Made by a program: the position numbers and the translations under genes. The notes beneath the pieces are model-generated. The model worked only from the letters and a program-made list of their open reading frames with translations, did not search any database and had not been told where the DNA came from. Below are positions 18,620 to 28,358 of a DNA stretch of 64,000 bases, piece by piece (position 1 is the stretch's first letter; each line of letters starts with the position of its first letter). The stretch comes from a candidate division LCP-89 bacterium B3_LCP (GTDB taxonomy: Bacteria > Electryoneota > B3-LCP): the NCBI GenBank assembly GCA_005223185.1, contig NJBN01000009.1, forward strand, positions 1,321-65,320, in the 5' to 3' direction.

Positions 18620-21370
18620 ATGCTCAAACATCTCTTAGTTGCCGGGGTATCCACAATACTACTACCTCTCATAACCGCTGCGCAAACTATTATTCCAGGT
18701 GGCAATGTCAATGGGCTCTGGGAGTTCAGCGGCTCCCCGTATAACATCGAAGGCGAAATCACCATCCCCGCTGGAGATACTCTGACTATCGAATCGGGAG
18801 TGGAGGTTGTTTTCCAAGGACATTACAAATTCATAATTAACGGTTTCCTGGAAGCTGCGGGCACAGAAAATGATTCCATCCTGTTCACGTCAGCGAATCC
18901 GGATACCGGCTGGGGCGGGATACGTTTTCTCGACGCGCTTGACAGCAACCAGTTGTTCTTCTGCGTAATCCAATATGGCCGTGCAACAGGTAGTTCGCCT
19001 GATAACCACGGTGGAGGGATCTATTGCGATAATTCTAACCCAGTAATCGCACACAGCAGCATAAGAAATAATTACAGCGAAGCGGCTGGTGGAGGGATCT
19101 ACTGCCTCGAAAATTCGAATCCCTCGATTAACCACTGTGTGATAAACAACAATACAGCAGTATTGGACGGCGGCGGTATCCACTGTTGGGAAGGAGCTGA
19201 GCCGACTGTCAGTTATTGTACAATATTTGCTAACACGGGAAACTATGGAGGAGGTGTATTCTGTGGTAACAATTCCGATTTAACTATTGTCAATTGCACA
19301 ATCAGTAGGAACACAGCTATCCAACTCGGTGGAGCCGTAAACTGCTACAACGCCAATCCAGCTATCCTAAATACTGTTATTGAAGGAAATCTCGGGAGCG
19401 GCGGAGTGAATATTCACAACGCACCTGGTATCTCCATCTCCTACTGTGACCTCTCTAACAACCAGGGTGGTAATCTAATAGGCAATACGATACCTCCTGG
19501 TGCAGGGCAACTTATATTTATAAACACTAACCTGGATTCCTGCGACATATTCTTTAATATCTTTGAAGAACCATTGTTCGAAGATCCTCTAAATGGAAAT
19601 TATAACCTGACTTGGATCAACTATCCTGTCTGGGATAATACACGATCCCCCTGCATCGATGCAGGAAATCCCGATCAACAATACCTCGATCCGGATAGCA
19701 CCACAGCCGATATAGGAGCTTCGTACTTCGATCAAAGCACTTTCCCACCAGTACCCGAAATCGTTGTTTCATCCCAACTATTGGATTTTGAAACTGTTAG
19801 AATAGGAAATCAGGCGGATTTGCCGCTGACTATTTACAACAACGGTAACAGATACCTGATCCTATATGACATCAATTCAAGTTCGCTCGCGTTCAGCACC
19901 AATTTCAATCCTTTGGACAGCCTGATCCTGCCGACCGATAGTCTACTAATTACAGTCTATTTCGATCCAGATGATACTTTATCATACAATGAAATCCTGT
20001 CCATTGACAATGATGATGAGTTGGTCGAAGTTGAATTGCTGGGGATTGGCGAGGAACCTTCCGAACCGAATATTCAGATCACTGCGGATTCGCTTGATTT
20101 CGGATCAGTCATAGTGGGTACTCAATCGAGTCTTCCATTCACAATCTACAATGTCGGGGACACGACTCTGGTCCTATACGATCTCACGGCAAACGATCCG
20201 GCATTCACGACTAATTTCGATCTTGCGGACAGCCTGATCTTGCCCAATGACAGCCTTATGATAACTGTAACTTTTGCGCCGGTAGAAATCATTTCCTATA
20301 GCGATACTCTAAGAATAGACAACAACGACGAATTGGTAGAATTATCGCTAATCGGTGCAGGTGTCAGTCCACCAGCGCCGGACATATCCGTTTCCGGGTA
20401 TACTTTAGATTTCGGGGCTTTACTTCTTGGGGCTCAAGAAACTCTACCACTAACGATCTATAACATGGGCAATGCTGATTTGATTCTCTATGAAATGACG
20501 ACTAGCGATACCGCCTTTACAATGGATTATGATCCCGCGGATAGCCTGATCGCCCCAGGCGATAGTCTTAACATTATAGTCTATTTTACACCATCGCAGA
20601 TTGCCTTTTACCAAGATACATTGACCATTGAGAGCAACGACGAAATAGTTTTAGTCGCCTTGGAAGGTGAGGGTATCGGACCTGTGCAAATTACCCTTAC
20701 TCCGTATAGCCCACCAATCATTATCCCAGAATCTGGAGGTAGTTTCGATTTCAACATCGCCGTTGAGAATCTAACCTCTGTGGAACAAATTTTCGATCTT
20801 TGGACTATCATTCGCCTACCACAAGTGGGGGAAGTTCCGATTATGACCGTTGCCAATATAACCATCCCTGGAAATACAGTCATTGACAGGGATAGAACCC
20901 AGTTTGTCCCTGAGATCGCTCCATCTGGAACGTACACGTATTATGCCTACGTGGGGAACTACCCTTGGGTAATCAATGACTACGACACCTTTAATTTTGA
21001 AAAACAAGGTAATAACGTGAATTGCAGCATGGGTGCTGCTTCAGATTGGCTTTGCACTGGAGAAAATTTTTACGATCTGTTTCCAACTTCCAATATGGAT
21101 ATCCCAACAGAATATATTTTATACTACCCTTACCCCAATCCATTTAACCCAGTGACGACGTTTAAGATCGAGTTGCCGGTGGCGTCATGGGTGACGCTGG
21201 AAATCTACGATGTCAGCGGAAGGTCGCTGGGTATTGTTATTGACGACTGGCGTTTGGCGGGGTATTACGAAGTGACTTTCGATGGATCGAGATTTGTGTC
21301 TGGGATTTATATCTACAAACTTTCTGCAGGCGATTTCATCTCAACTGGTAAAATAGTGCTGATGAAATAA
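18620..21370 (+). CDS. Secreted right-handed beta-helix (pectin-lyase fold) repeat protein with Ig-like repeats and a T9SS C-terminal sorting domain
   Basis: Signal peptide MLKHLLVAGVSTILLPLITAAQT. Repeated GGGIYC/GGGIHC…NS.P.I..C.I..N motifs. Three about 100-aa internal repeats (…DFG.V..G.Q..LP.TIYN.G…L.LYD…). C-terminus YPNPFNPVTTFKIELP…LEIYDVSGR…GIYIYKLSAGDFISTGKIVLMK (T9SS CTD, type A). Confidence 0.75.
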   Translation: MLKHLLVAGVSTILLPLITAAQTIIPGGNVNGLWEFSGSPYNIEGEITIPAGDTLTIESGVEVVFQGHYKFIINGFLEAAGTENDSILFTSANPDTGWGGIRFLDALDSNQLFFCVIQYGRATGSSPDNHGGGIYCDNSNPVIAHSSIRNNYSEAAGGGIYCLENSNPSINHCVINNNTAVLDGGGIHCWEGAEPTVSYCTIFANTGNYGGGVFCGNNSDLTIVNCTISRNTAIQLGGAVNCYNANPAILNTVIEGNLGSGGVNIHNAPGISISYCDLSNNQGGNLIGNTIPPGAGQLIFINTNLDSCDIFFNIFEEPLFEDPLNGNYNLTWINYPVWDNTRSPCIDAGNPDQQYLDPDSTTADIGASYFDQSTFPPVPEIVVSSQLLDFETVRIGNQADLPLTIYNNGNRYLILYDINSSSLAFSTNFNPLDSLILPTDSLLITVYFDPDDTLSYNEILSIDNDDELVEVELLGIGEEPSEPNIQITADSLDFGSVIVGTQSSLPFTIYNVGDTTLVLYDLTANDPAFTTNFDLADSLILPNDSLMITVTFAPVEIISYSDTLRIDNNDELVELSLIGAGVSPPAPDISVSGYTLDFGALLLGAQETLPLTIYNMGNADLILYEMTTSDTAFTMDYDPADSLIAPGDSLNIIVYFTPSQIAFYQDTLTIESNDEIVLVALEGEGIGPVQITLTPYSPPIIIPESGGSFDFNIAVENLTSVEQIFDLWTIIRLPQVGEVPIMTVANITIPGNTVIDRDRTQFVPEIAPSGTYTYYAYVGNYPWVINDYDTFNFEKQGNNVNCSMGAASDWLCTGENFYDLFPTSNMDIPTEYILYYPYPNPFNPVTTFKIELPVASWVTLEIYDVSGRSLGIVIDDWRLAGYYEVTFDGSRFVSGIYIYKLSAGDFISTGKIVLMK

Positions 21371-21395
21371 ATTTCGCGAATGGGTGTTAGAATAA

Positions 21396-21430
21396 AAAGC
21401 CTCAGAATCATCTCCTGAGGCTTTTGCTTT
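21396..21430 (+). terminator. Rho-independent terminator
   Basis: GCCTCAG-aatcatctc-CTGAGGC followed by TTTTGCTTT, 26 nt after the stop codon. Confidence 0.7.
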
Positions 21431-21431
21431 G

Positions 21432-21502
21432 CTGGGATGCAGGGATTCGAACCCCGATACTACGGTCCAGAGCCGCATGTCCTGCCATTGGACGACATCC
21501 CA
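21432..21502 (-). tRNA. tRNA-Gln (anticodon CUG)
   Basis: Cloverleaf folded by hand from the reverse complement: acceptor TGGGATG/CATCCCA, D-stem GTCC/GGAC, anticodon stem TGCGG/CCGTA with loop CTCTGGA (anticodon CTG), T-arm CGGGG-TTCGAAT-CCCTG. The CCA tail is not encoded. Confidence 0.85.
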
Positions 21503-21599
21503 AAAAATCCCGTAAAATATAATAATAAGATTCCCCGTAATCAAGAGGAATCTTTAACGATTAATCTTCAGGCGAATTGTACGGTTTGAAAGGGAATCC

Positions 21600-22208
21600 T
21601 CAGCCTCTGAGCTTTGCAGTAAAAGTAGCCACTCGTCTGCCTAAAGCTCGCGCGATAGCCAAATCGTTTTCAGTAGGTCCCTGCCCTTCACTGGTTCGTA
21701 CCACCGTTGTGGCGCCATAAGGTGAACCACCCAAATCTGCTTTCATTAGTTCGGGCAGGCTAAAAGGTAACCCTACAATGAGCATACCATGGTGCAGTAG
21801 TGGTAGATAAGTCGCCAAAAGAGTGCTTTCCTGTCCACCATGTAGAGAATTGCTGGAACAGAACACTCCTGCAGGTTTATCGACCAACGTACCTTTACTC
21901 CAGAGATCACCCGTGCTGTCGATGAAGGCTTTCATCTGAGCGCACATATTACCGAACCTGGTGGGCGTACCTAATACCAGGCCATCGCATTTTATCAAGT
22001 CCTTCTTGCTCACAATAGACACGTCTCGTTGGAGTTCAGCGGTAGCTTTCATAGCTGGATTTGATCTTATTTCTTCTTGCGGTAACGTTTCAGGTACACG
22101 CCGTAAATTACCAACTACGCCAGGAACCTCGGTTATACCCTTGGTAACAGCCTGAGCCATTTTAAAGATATTTCCGGTAGCGCTATAATAGAGAACCAAA
22201 ATTTTCAT
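21600..22208 (-). CDS. wrbA: WrbA-type NAD(P)H:quinone oxidoreductase (flavodoxin-like FMN protein)
   Basis: MKILVLYYSATGN flavodoxin signature. 202 aa. Confidence 0.7.
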   Translation of the reverse strand: MKILVLYYSATGNIFKMAQAVTKGITEVPGVVGNLRRVPETLPQEEIRSNPAMKATAELQRDVSIVSKKDLIKCDGLVLGTPTRFGNMCAQMKAFIDSTGDLWSKGTLVDKPAGVFCSSNSLHGGQESTLLATYLPLLHHGMLIVGLPFSLPELMKADLGGSPYGATTVVRTSEGQGPTENDLAIARALGRRVATFTAKLRG

Positions 22209-22526
22209 TTAAACCCCCTTTATCCGTTTGACCGTAGCAGAAATCTGCCGTTCTTATTTTTAGTTTATCTATTAGCAATTATTGAGTCTATTCACCGGTT
22301 GTTACTTATTAACCTAATGATTCAACTTCAAGTTTCACGGGAGCTTATCTGGGGATGAAGAATGGTCAGAGTAGGGCAAGCAAGTCGTATAATAGATATC
22401 ATAAACAAAAACTATGAGCAATAACCACCACTGCAATATACAAAGGAAATCTTTACGAGTCAAGTAAAATCTTTTCCTCTGATCAATTATTTTTCACTTG
22501 ATGACATAGATGGATGTGAGGTATTT

Positions 22527-25481
22527 TTAATACTGAATGCTTCGTTCTGTCATGCGGTAGGTCAAATGAGCGGAAGTGAGAGCTTCATCGACTCTGAATT
22601 GGACATATGTATTCTGACTGGGGTAGGGGATTTCCGTTAAGCCAGTGGTTATCGGCATCCAACTGGTAGTCCATTCTACTAAGGCTAAACCGTCGAAATA
22701 GGCTATTCCTGTTCCTGTTCCGGGAGCGCTGTTACGGCATCTTATGTTACAGTACCATCCATCTTCAGGTGAATAGAAGTTCATATAATATCGAGTCCAG
22801 GAAAAGTTGCCTGATTGTGATTCAATATATTCGGATGACTGAGCGTTGTTTGAAAAACGGCTGTCGTAAAATAGCACTCCAAAACGCGCTGATTCGCAGT
22901 TGCTGCCTCCCATATAACCATCAATCGTGTATCGGCTCTGTTCATCTATGGGGATATTGTCTTCTAAGTCGGTGTAGTGATAATTGTATCCTCCGCTATG
23001 CCGTACTCCCATGCAGTACGTACCTGATTGTGGGTACATAGTTTCCAAGAAGGTGTGTTCATTCATGTCCCATAGCCATCCGCCTTCATATTCAAAGCCG
23101 CCGTGGAGCAATATCTCCCGACCTAAGACAGCCTCAAGGGATGCACCACCCGGTATGCCTGAAAGGGATATGAAAGCGCTCAAGAAACCGGGATCTTCGA
23201 TGCGCACCGGTTCGGATACCCAATGATCGCCCTCGTCTCTGAAATCCATGGTAATGGTAACTTCTCTCGTATCTTCAATAACCTGCGCACTGCTGGTAGC
23301 AACTGTTCCAGTACAGGTTGCCGAATCAAAAGCCACGTCAGTGTCCAGTTCTTCGGAAAGCGCCGCCAGCATGCGTCCGATGCTTTCAGCAAGTTCCCCA
23401 TTTGCCGGAGTGGGCAGATAATCATCAATGTAAACCGGTCTGAAAGTGAAATCGGTGAAGCCGTCCAGAGTGGCTCTACAGTACAAGATCATACTGTTGT
23501 ATGTTTCCCAGTAGTTCTGGTCAAAAGCGAAATTACCAAAACTGTGCGCAATCAGCTTGTCCTGATAGACTTCAAAGCCGCGCAGGACATGAGGATGATG
23601 GCAGAAAATAACGTCAGCGCCTAATTCGATAGCGCGGTGCTCTAAGTAGCGGTCTATCGAATCAATCATGGTGCTGAAACGCAGGTACTCCCGCGGGTCC
23701 GAACTGGCTAATTCCGGTGATCCTTCCAGCGGAGAATAATCATATTCAGTTCCGACGTGTGCCTGTACGATGATTAAATCAGCAAGCGAATCAGCAGCCG
23801 GAATGGTGGCTTCCAATGTAGGTTCGTCGAACATGGCGAATCCGGCTTTGTTGTAGCCAGCTTCCAGGAACGGCGGCAGGAAATCTTCCCTTCCATCTCT
23901 GTTGCAGTAAGACAGAACCGCAACTCTGATCCCATCGACACTGAAGAACGCTGGACGCGTCGCCCAGTATTCGTTCAAGCCGGAACCGGAATTTAAGATG
24001 CCCGCTGAATCCAGTATAGCCATTGTCTGCATTAGAGCCGGTTCCATGTAGTCCATGGTGTGATTGTTTCCTAAAGCAACATAATCAAAGCCGGCGAACT
24101 GCAGACCAGCTACATTTTCAGGACTTCCATGGAAGATGTATTGCTTGGTGGGATGAGGATACCCCTGGTCAGTCAACTGACATTCTAAGTTAACCATGCT
24201 TATGTCTGCAGCTTGACCGAACATGGATAGCGTTCGTTCGAATATATACTCCACACCGTAATTCGGAATGATCCCCCATGATTCTTCATAACGGCGTGCC
24301 AACATAACGTCACCAGCCATATTCAAGGTGAAATCAGGATCTGGCGTTCCCGGCGGGGGCAGTAGATGAATCGCGGCATCGCCGAACAAGCTGTCTTCAT
24401 CCATTACAATCAAGGATGCGGTGCGGTATCCTCGTGCAGCGTAAGTATGGCTGGGATTAGGCTGATCTGAGAATGTGGAATCACCGAAATCCCAGAAGTA
24501 GGTGTGGGTAGGGCTATCCGGATCGATCACTGTGCTGGTAAAATCATAGTGAGGCTGCGCTGCTGCTGAATCACCAACAGCAGTAATGTAAACCTGAGGC
24601 TGCGAAGGAAGATCTTCGGTAATATCGTGTATCTCATCGAAAAATGAGATAGCTTCTTCGCCGCCTTCATCAATGTCATTAACGTAGAATAAACGGTCTA
24701 TCACAGGCAGGTCTTCGTAACGAATCATCCAATCTCTACCGACAGGCATATTCAGGAGCGCCCATTCCCTTAGAGGAGCTACTCCGTAGAAAGTCGTGTT
24801 CCACTGTTCACCCGTGATTAAGTAGGTGCCGTCAAAGACGTAAAACAGTTCATCAGTTCCATCACCGATCCCAAATGCTTGAAATTCGCCCAAATCCTCC
24901 ACCATAACTGCAGCCCGCCAGACCGTACCTTCTGATACTGGAATAGGATCGATATATTCTATCTTCCAGGTGTTGCCGTACAGCATTAATGAGAACAGTG
25001 TGGAGTCATATGTGTAAGTAGAAGTAACCTCCCACGCCCATGGATCGTGATCCTGATCAGGGTAGCTGGACAGATTAACGGTGCCATCCTCGAAATCTTC
25101 GATCATAATCTCATCGATGAGGAGGTTCAGTCCATTGGGGAAACTCAGAGCCTGGTAGAACGTGCGTGATGATGATTTCAGCGAGAGAGGATCAACGTAG
25201 AAGGAGCGTTGAGTGGCACCCAAAAGCGTGCTAACTCCCGGTGATAAATCAGGATCAGGACTATAGAATAACAGATAGAGTCCTTCACCACTCTGCACCT
25301 CCGGAAGAACCAGCCGGATATAGTTATTATCCAGGGATAGGCTTAGGTTCTCAACCGGTTTGCCGCTGCTGAGATCCAATTCTCCTGTGTTACCGGCAAG
25401 AGATATTCCTATGCAGGCGCTGATACAGAGTACCAGGCAAACTGAAGCTGATCTTAGGTAAAGCTCATGAATCCGCATCAA
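22527..25481 (-). CDS. Large secreted protein with PKD domain and CapA/PGA_cap-like metallophosphatase domain
   Basis: Signal peptide (SASVCLVLCISACIGISLAG). PKD signature (HTYFWDFGDSTFS…PSHTYAARGYRTASLIVMDED). CapA-like motifs (MAGDVMLARR…; LGNNHTMDY; HHPHVLRGFEVY). No T9SS CTD. Confidence 0.6.
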   Translation of the reverse strand: MMRIHELYLRSASVCLVLCISACIGISLAGNTGELDLSSGKPVENLSLSLDNNYIRLVLPEVQSGEGLYLLFYSPDPDLSPGVSTLLGATQRSFYVDPLSLKSSSRTFYQALSFPNGLNLLIDEIMIEDFEDGTVNLSSYPDQDHDPWAWEVTSTYTYDSTLFSLMLYGNTWKIEYIDPIPVSEGTVWRAAVMVEDLGEFQAFGIGDGTDELFYVFDGTYLITGEQWNTTFYGVAPLREWALLNMPVGRDWMIRYEDLPVIDRLFYVNDIDEGGEEAISFFDEIHDITEDLPSQPQVYITAVGDSAAAQPHYDFTSTVIDPDSPTHTYFWDFGDSTFSDQPNPSHTYAARGYRTASLIVMDEDSLFGDAAIHLLPPPGTPDPDFTLNMAGDVMLARRYEESWGIIPNYGVEYIFERTLSMFGQAADISMVNLECQLTDQGYPHPTKQYIFHGSPENVAGLQFAGFDYVALGNNHTMDYMEPALMQTMAILDSAGILNSGSGLNEYWATRPAFFSVDGIRVAVLSYCNRDGREDFLPPFLEAGYNKAGFAMFDEPTLEATIPAADSLADLIIVQAHVGTEYDYSPLEGSPELASSDPREYLRFSTMIDSIDRYLEHRAIELGADVIFCHHPHVLRGFEVYQDKLIAHSFGNFAFDQNYWETYNSMILYCRATLDGFTDFTFRPVYIDDYLPTPANGELAESIGRMLAALSEELDTDVAFDSATCTGTVATSSAQVIEDTREVTITMDFRDEGDHWVSEPVRIEDPGFLSAFISLSGIPGGASLEAVLGREILLHGGFEYEGGWLWDMNEHTFLETMYPQSGTYCMGVRHSGGYNYHYTDLEDNIPIDEQSRYTIDGYMGGSNCESARFGVLFYDSRFSNNAQSSEYIESQSGNFSWTRYYMNFYSPEDGWYCNIRCRNSAPGTGTGIAYFDGLALVEWTTSWMPITTGLTEIPYPSQNTYVQFRVDEALTSAHLTYRMTERSIQY

Positions 25482-25962
25482 ATACTCCCGTTATGAAAGA
25501 AAACCCTAACTTAATATACACAAATTCTATGCGAAAGTCAAGTACTTGTACACAAAAACTCGAATTATTTATCATTTGTGTGCTGACGCACTACCCCAAA
25601 TAGCACACGAATAAATTCGTGCGCCCAAATTTTTGGTAAAGTCGCTTCCCGAAGGGATTCCTTCGGAAGAAGTGACTGGTTATGGGGTTGGGGTCAGGTG
25701 AAGGATAATCATATGACAGATTCGGCGGACAAATTGTGGCGGACAGTTTTGTCCGACAAATTTGTACAGTGATTGCTGCTGGATTTAGAGGGGCTTTTAT
25801 AGGGAGCGACATTATTGACGCTGCAGGGAGATAGTATTGAAAGGGCGTGATGCATTGTTGGGATGTGTATTTTAGGGAAGATTGTTGAGGATATTAGATG
25901 TCTTATATATAATATACTACAAATCGCGGGGAAAAGCAAGGGAATATTTGCTTAAAAGGCAG

Positions 25963-26030
25963 GGGAAACCTGCCTGAAGTAGACAAGCACCCCTGCCCTG
26001 CATCTATAGGACAGACAGGAATGTCTGTCC
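25963..26030 (-). terminator. Tandem hairpins downstream of the T9SS gene: GGACAGACA-ggaa-TGTCTGTCC, then GGCAGGGG…CCCCTGCC followed by a T-run (minus-strand sense)
   Basis: Perfect 9-bp stem at 26009-26030, immediately after the stop codon. A second GC stem at 25963-26003 followed by TTTTAAG on the minus strand. The same module is duplicated at 28292-28346. Confidence 0.6.
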
Positions 26031-26043
26031 TCCCCTATGATTG

Positions 26044-28029
26044 CTACTTCACCAACACCATCTTGCCTGAAGCGGTGAAGTCTCCTGCTTTCAAGTGATA
26101 AACGTAGAGTCCCGATGGTAATGCGGATCCATCAAAGGTTACTTCATGCACACCAACATCCCGCCAACCGCTCACTAATTCCGCGACTTCACGCCCGGAA
26201 ATATCGTAAACCGTCAGGTTCACCAGACTTGCATTCTGGAGCTGGTAACTCAGAACAGTTAACGGGTTGAAAGGATTGGGAGTGTTTTGATGAAGGGCGA
26301 AAACATAGGAGACCGTCGGTGACTGATTGGAAAGGAAGTACTGAGATTCATCCATGGATAATACTCTGCTATCATCTGGGTCTGGGGTAACTATTGCAAA
26401 CAGAAAGCTATCGATCGCCGTACCGGCAGTTATTTCGGCTTCTGCGATAAAGCTGTAGATTCCCCAGCTCGATCCAGACGCCATTGTAAACGTCCTTTCA
26501 ATAGTATTCATCGACCCGCCGGCTAAACTAAAAGTGGTCGGTTGTCCAACAGTTGTTGTCCGGCCGTCTGGCAATCTGTATTTGGCACTGACGGTAACAC
26601 TGTGTGTACTCTGGCTTTTATTGTATACTCGGAAATTGATATCGCGAGAGTTTTGTACATCAGTGGAAAATATCATTGGTGGATGATCTGGTGATACAGT
26701 CAAGCGTATATCAAGGGTTTGGTCGTAGTAGTAAGCTCCCATATCAATCCGAGTGTTATCGGGTTCATAAGTACTGGTAGGATCGCCACTATCCTGGCAA
26801 GGTGAATCGTATTCAAAGCGGAATTCTCCCTCGGAAACGTCGAGAAATTCAGGATCAGAATTGATATTACCCGTTCCCGTCCAGCCACCCTGGATGTCGC
26901 AATAGGTAGCGTCCATAGTGCCCTGTGGATTACCTGAAAGCGTAATTTGAGTCGGTGAGTTGCCCCAAAGGATGCTGTTTATCATCTCTGGGTGCGCCCC
27001 GTAATAGCTCTCGATGCCACCACCATGGGTAAAGTTAGCGGTATTATATACGATTGAATTGCTTATGAGCGTTGGATCGCAATTATGCAGATATATACCC
27101 CCACCATACCCATTGTTCAGAGCAGAATCACTGGCATCGTTATCATATATGAGATTATAGGAGATCTCAACAGCCTCATCATCACCCTTTCCGTAGATAC
27201 CGGCCCCATAAGTTGCCAAGCTGGATATGACTTCATTTTTACTGATGATGTTTTTACTGATAAGAGATTCAGTATCACCGATGTTAAAGTAAATGCCTCC
27301 CCCTTTTGTATTTGGGTAGTCATTGGCCAAATTACCACTTATTATATTACCGATTATTTGCGTTGCAGAATCATATTGGTAAATTCCGCCGCCGGATACT
27401 GCGGCTTCATTTATAATTACAAAATTTTCCAATATATCCGTTTCGTTGGCATCACAACTATTACAGCGTATCCCGCCACCATAATCAGCTGAGTTTCGGG
27501 CGATGATAGTTCTAGTAATTTCAGGGGCTGAATCATCCCAGGTGTAGATTGCACCTCCCCAATTAGCTTGACAATCACTGATCAGGCAATTATCGATGCT
27601 GGGGCTGGAATTTTCACAATATATTGCTCCTCCGTAGCCCTCTTCATACGCCCCGTCAACTATACCATTTGTCAGGCGACAGAATTTAAGGCTGCTGGAA
27701 CTTGAAGCATCTTCAAAGCGAATACCGCGCCAGCCTTCATCTTCATCAGCGCCGAAGAGAATAGGGTTGCTGAAGCTCCCTTCCGCTATTAGTGTTCCAT
27801 AAACCGTAAATTCCAGATTGTCTGTGGTCTGGAAAATAACAGTTACGCCTGGTTCGATCGTCAACGTAGCATTACTTTCGATCCAAATATCACCTTGAAC
27901 GAGGTAGCGTGAACCTGTTTCTGTCCACGTACCAGAGTGAGCTCCGCCATATATGATTGTATCAGCTCCAAGGATACTGGCGGAAAGGAAAGTAAAAACT
28001 AATGTCAGAAAGATTGATCTTTTCATCAT
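26044..28029 (-). CDS. Secreted beta-helix repeat protein with T9SS C-terminal sorting domain
   Basis: Signal peptide MMKRSIFLTLVFTFLSASILG. GGAIYC/GGGIYQ/GGGIRC repeats. C-terminus NTPNPFNPLTVLSYQL…LTVYDISGREV…GLYVYHLKAGDFTASGKMVLVK. Confidence 0.75.
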   Translation of the reverse strand: MMKRSIFLTLVFTFLSASILGADTIIYGGAHSGTWTETGSRYLVQGDIWIESNATLTIEPGVTVIFQTTDNLEFTVYGTLIAEGSFSNPILFGADEDEGWRGIRFEDASSSSSLKFCRLTNGIVDGAYEEGYGGAIYCENSSPSIDNCLISDCQANWGGAIYTWDDSAPEITRTIIARNSADYGGGIRCNSCDANETDILENFVIINEAAVSGGGIYQYDSATQIIGNIISGNLANDYPNTKGGGIYFNIGDTESLISKNIISKNEVISSLATYGAGIYGKGDDEAVEISYNLIYDNDASDSALNNGYGGGIYLHNCDPTLISNSIVYNTANFTHGGGIESYYGAHPEMINSILWGNSPTQITLSGNPQGTMDATYCDIQGGWTGTGNINSDPEFLDVSEGEFRFEYDSPCQDSGDPTSTYEPDNTRIDMGAYYYDQTLDIRLTVSPDHPPMIFSTDVQNSRDINFRVYNKSQSTHSVTVSAKYRLPDGRTTTVGQPTTFSLAGGSMNTIERTFTMASGSSWGIYSFIAEAEITAGTAIDSFLFAIVTPDPDDSRVLSMDESQYFLSNQSPTVSYVFALHQNTPNPFNPLTVLSYQLQNASLVNLTVYDISGREVAELVSGWRDVGVHEVTFDGSALPSGLYVYHLKAGDFTASGKMVLVK

Positions 28030-28291
28030 TCACCTCCAATGATTTGAGTTTCACTTGCATTTTAAATTTATTTATATTTTACATGCAAGTTTTAATAAAT
28101 ATAGTGTTCAGATTATTAAATGTCAAGTCTTATTTTAAAGATAGAGTGAAATAGTTAAGATGTTTATAGAACGTTACATAAGGCTTTGCCTTCGGGGTCT
28201 TGTATCGTTCCTGCGGGATTACTTAGCACTCACTAAATCCTGTAGTCGGGGTTCTTACCGACTCCAACCCTGGATATTTTAGATTAAGAAA

Positions 28292-28346
28292 GGGCAGGGG
28301 AAACACCCCTGCCCTGCATCCATTGGACAGACAGGAATGTCTGTCC
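28292..28346 (-). terminator. Second copy of the conserved post-CTD hairpin module
   Basis: GGCAGGGG-aaaca-CCCCTGCC plus GGACAGACA-ggaa-TGTCTGTCC. About 90% identical to 25963-26030 over more than 90 nt, including the last codons of the gene. Confidence 0.6.
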
Positions 28347-28358
28347 TCCCCATGATTG

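Noticed and set aside
86-25939. Numerous 60-140 aa ORFs inside or antisense to large genes (for example 86-289, 630-875, 8333-8616, 13449-14063, 14896-15318, 22769-23624, 25591-25939)
   Set aside because: They are embedded in or antisense to well-supported long CDSs, or lie in AT-rich intergenic DNA, and have no start-context or motif support. Treated as spurious.
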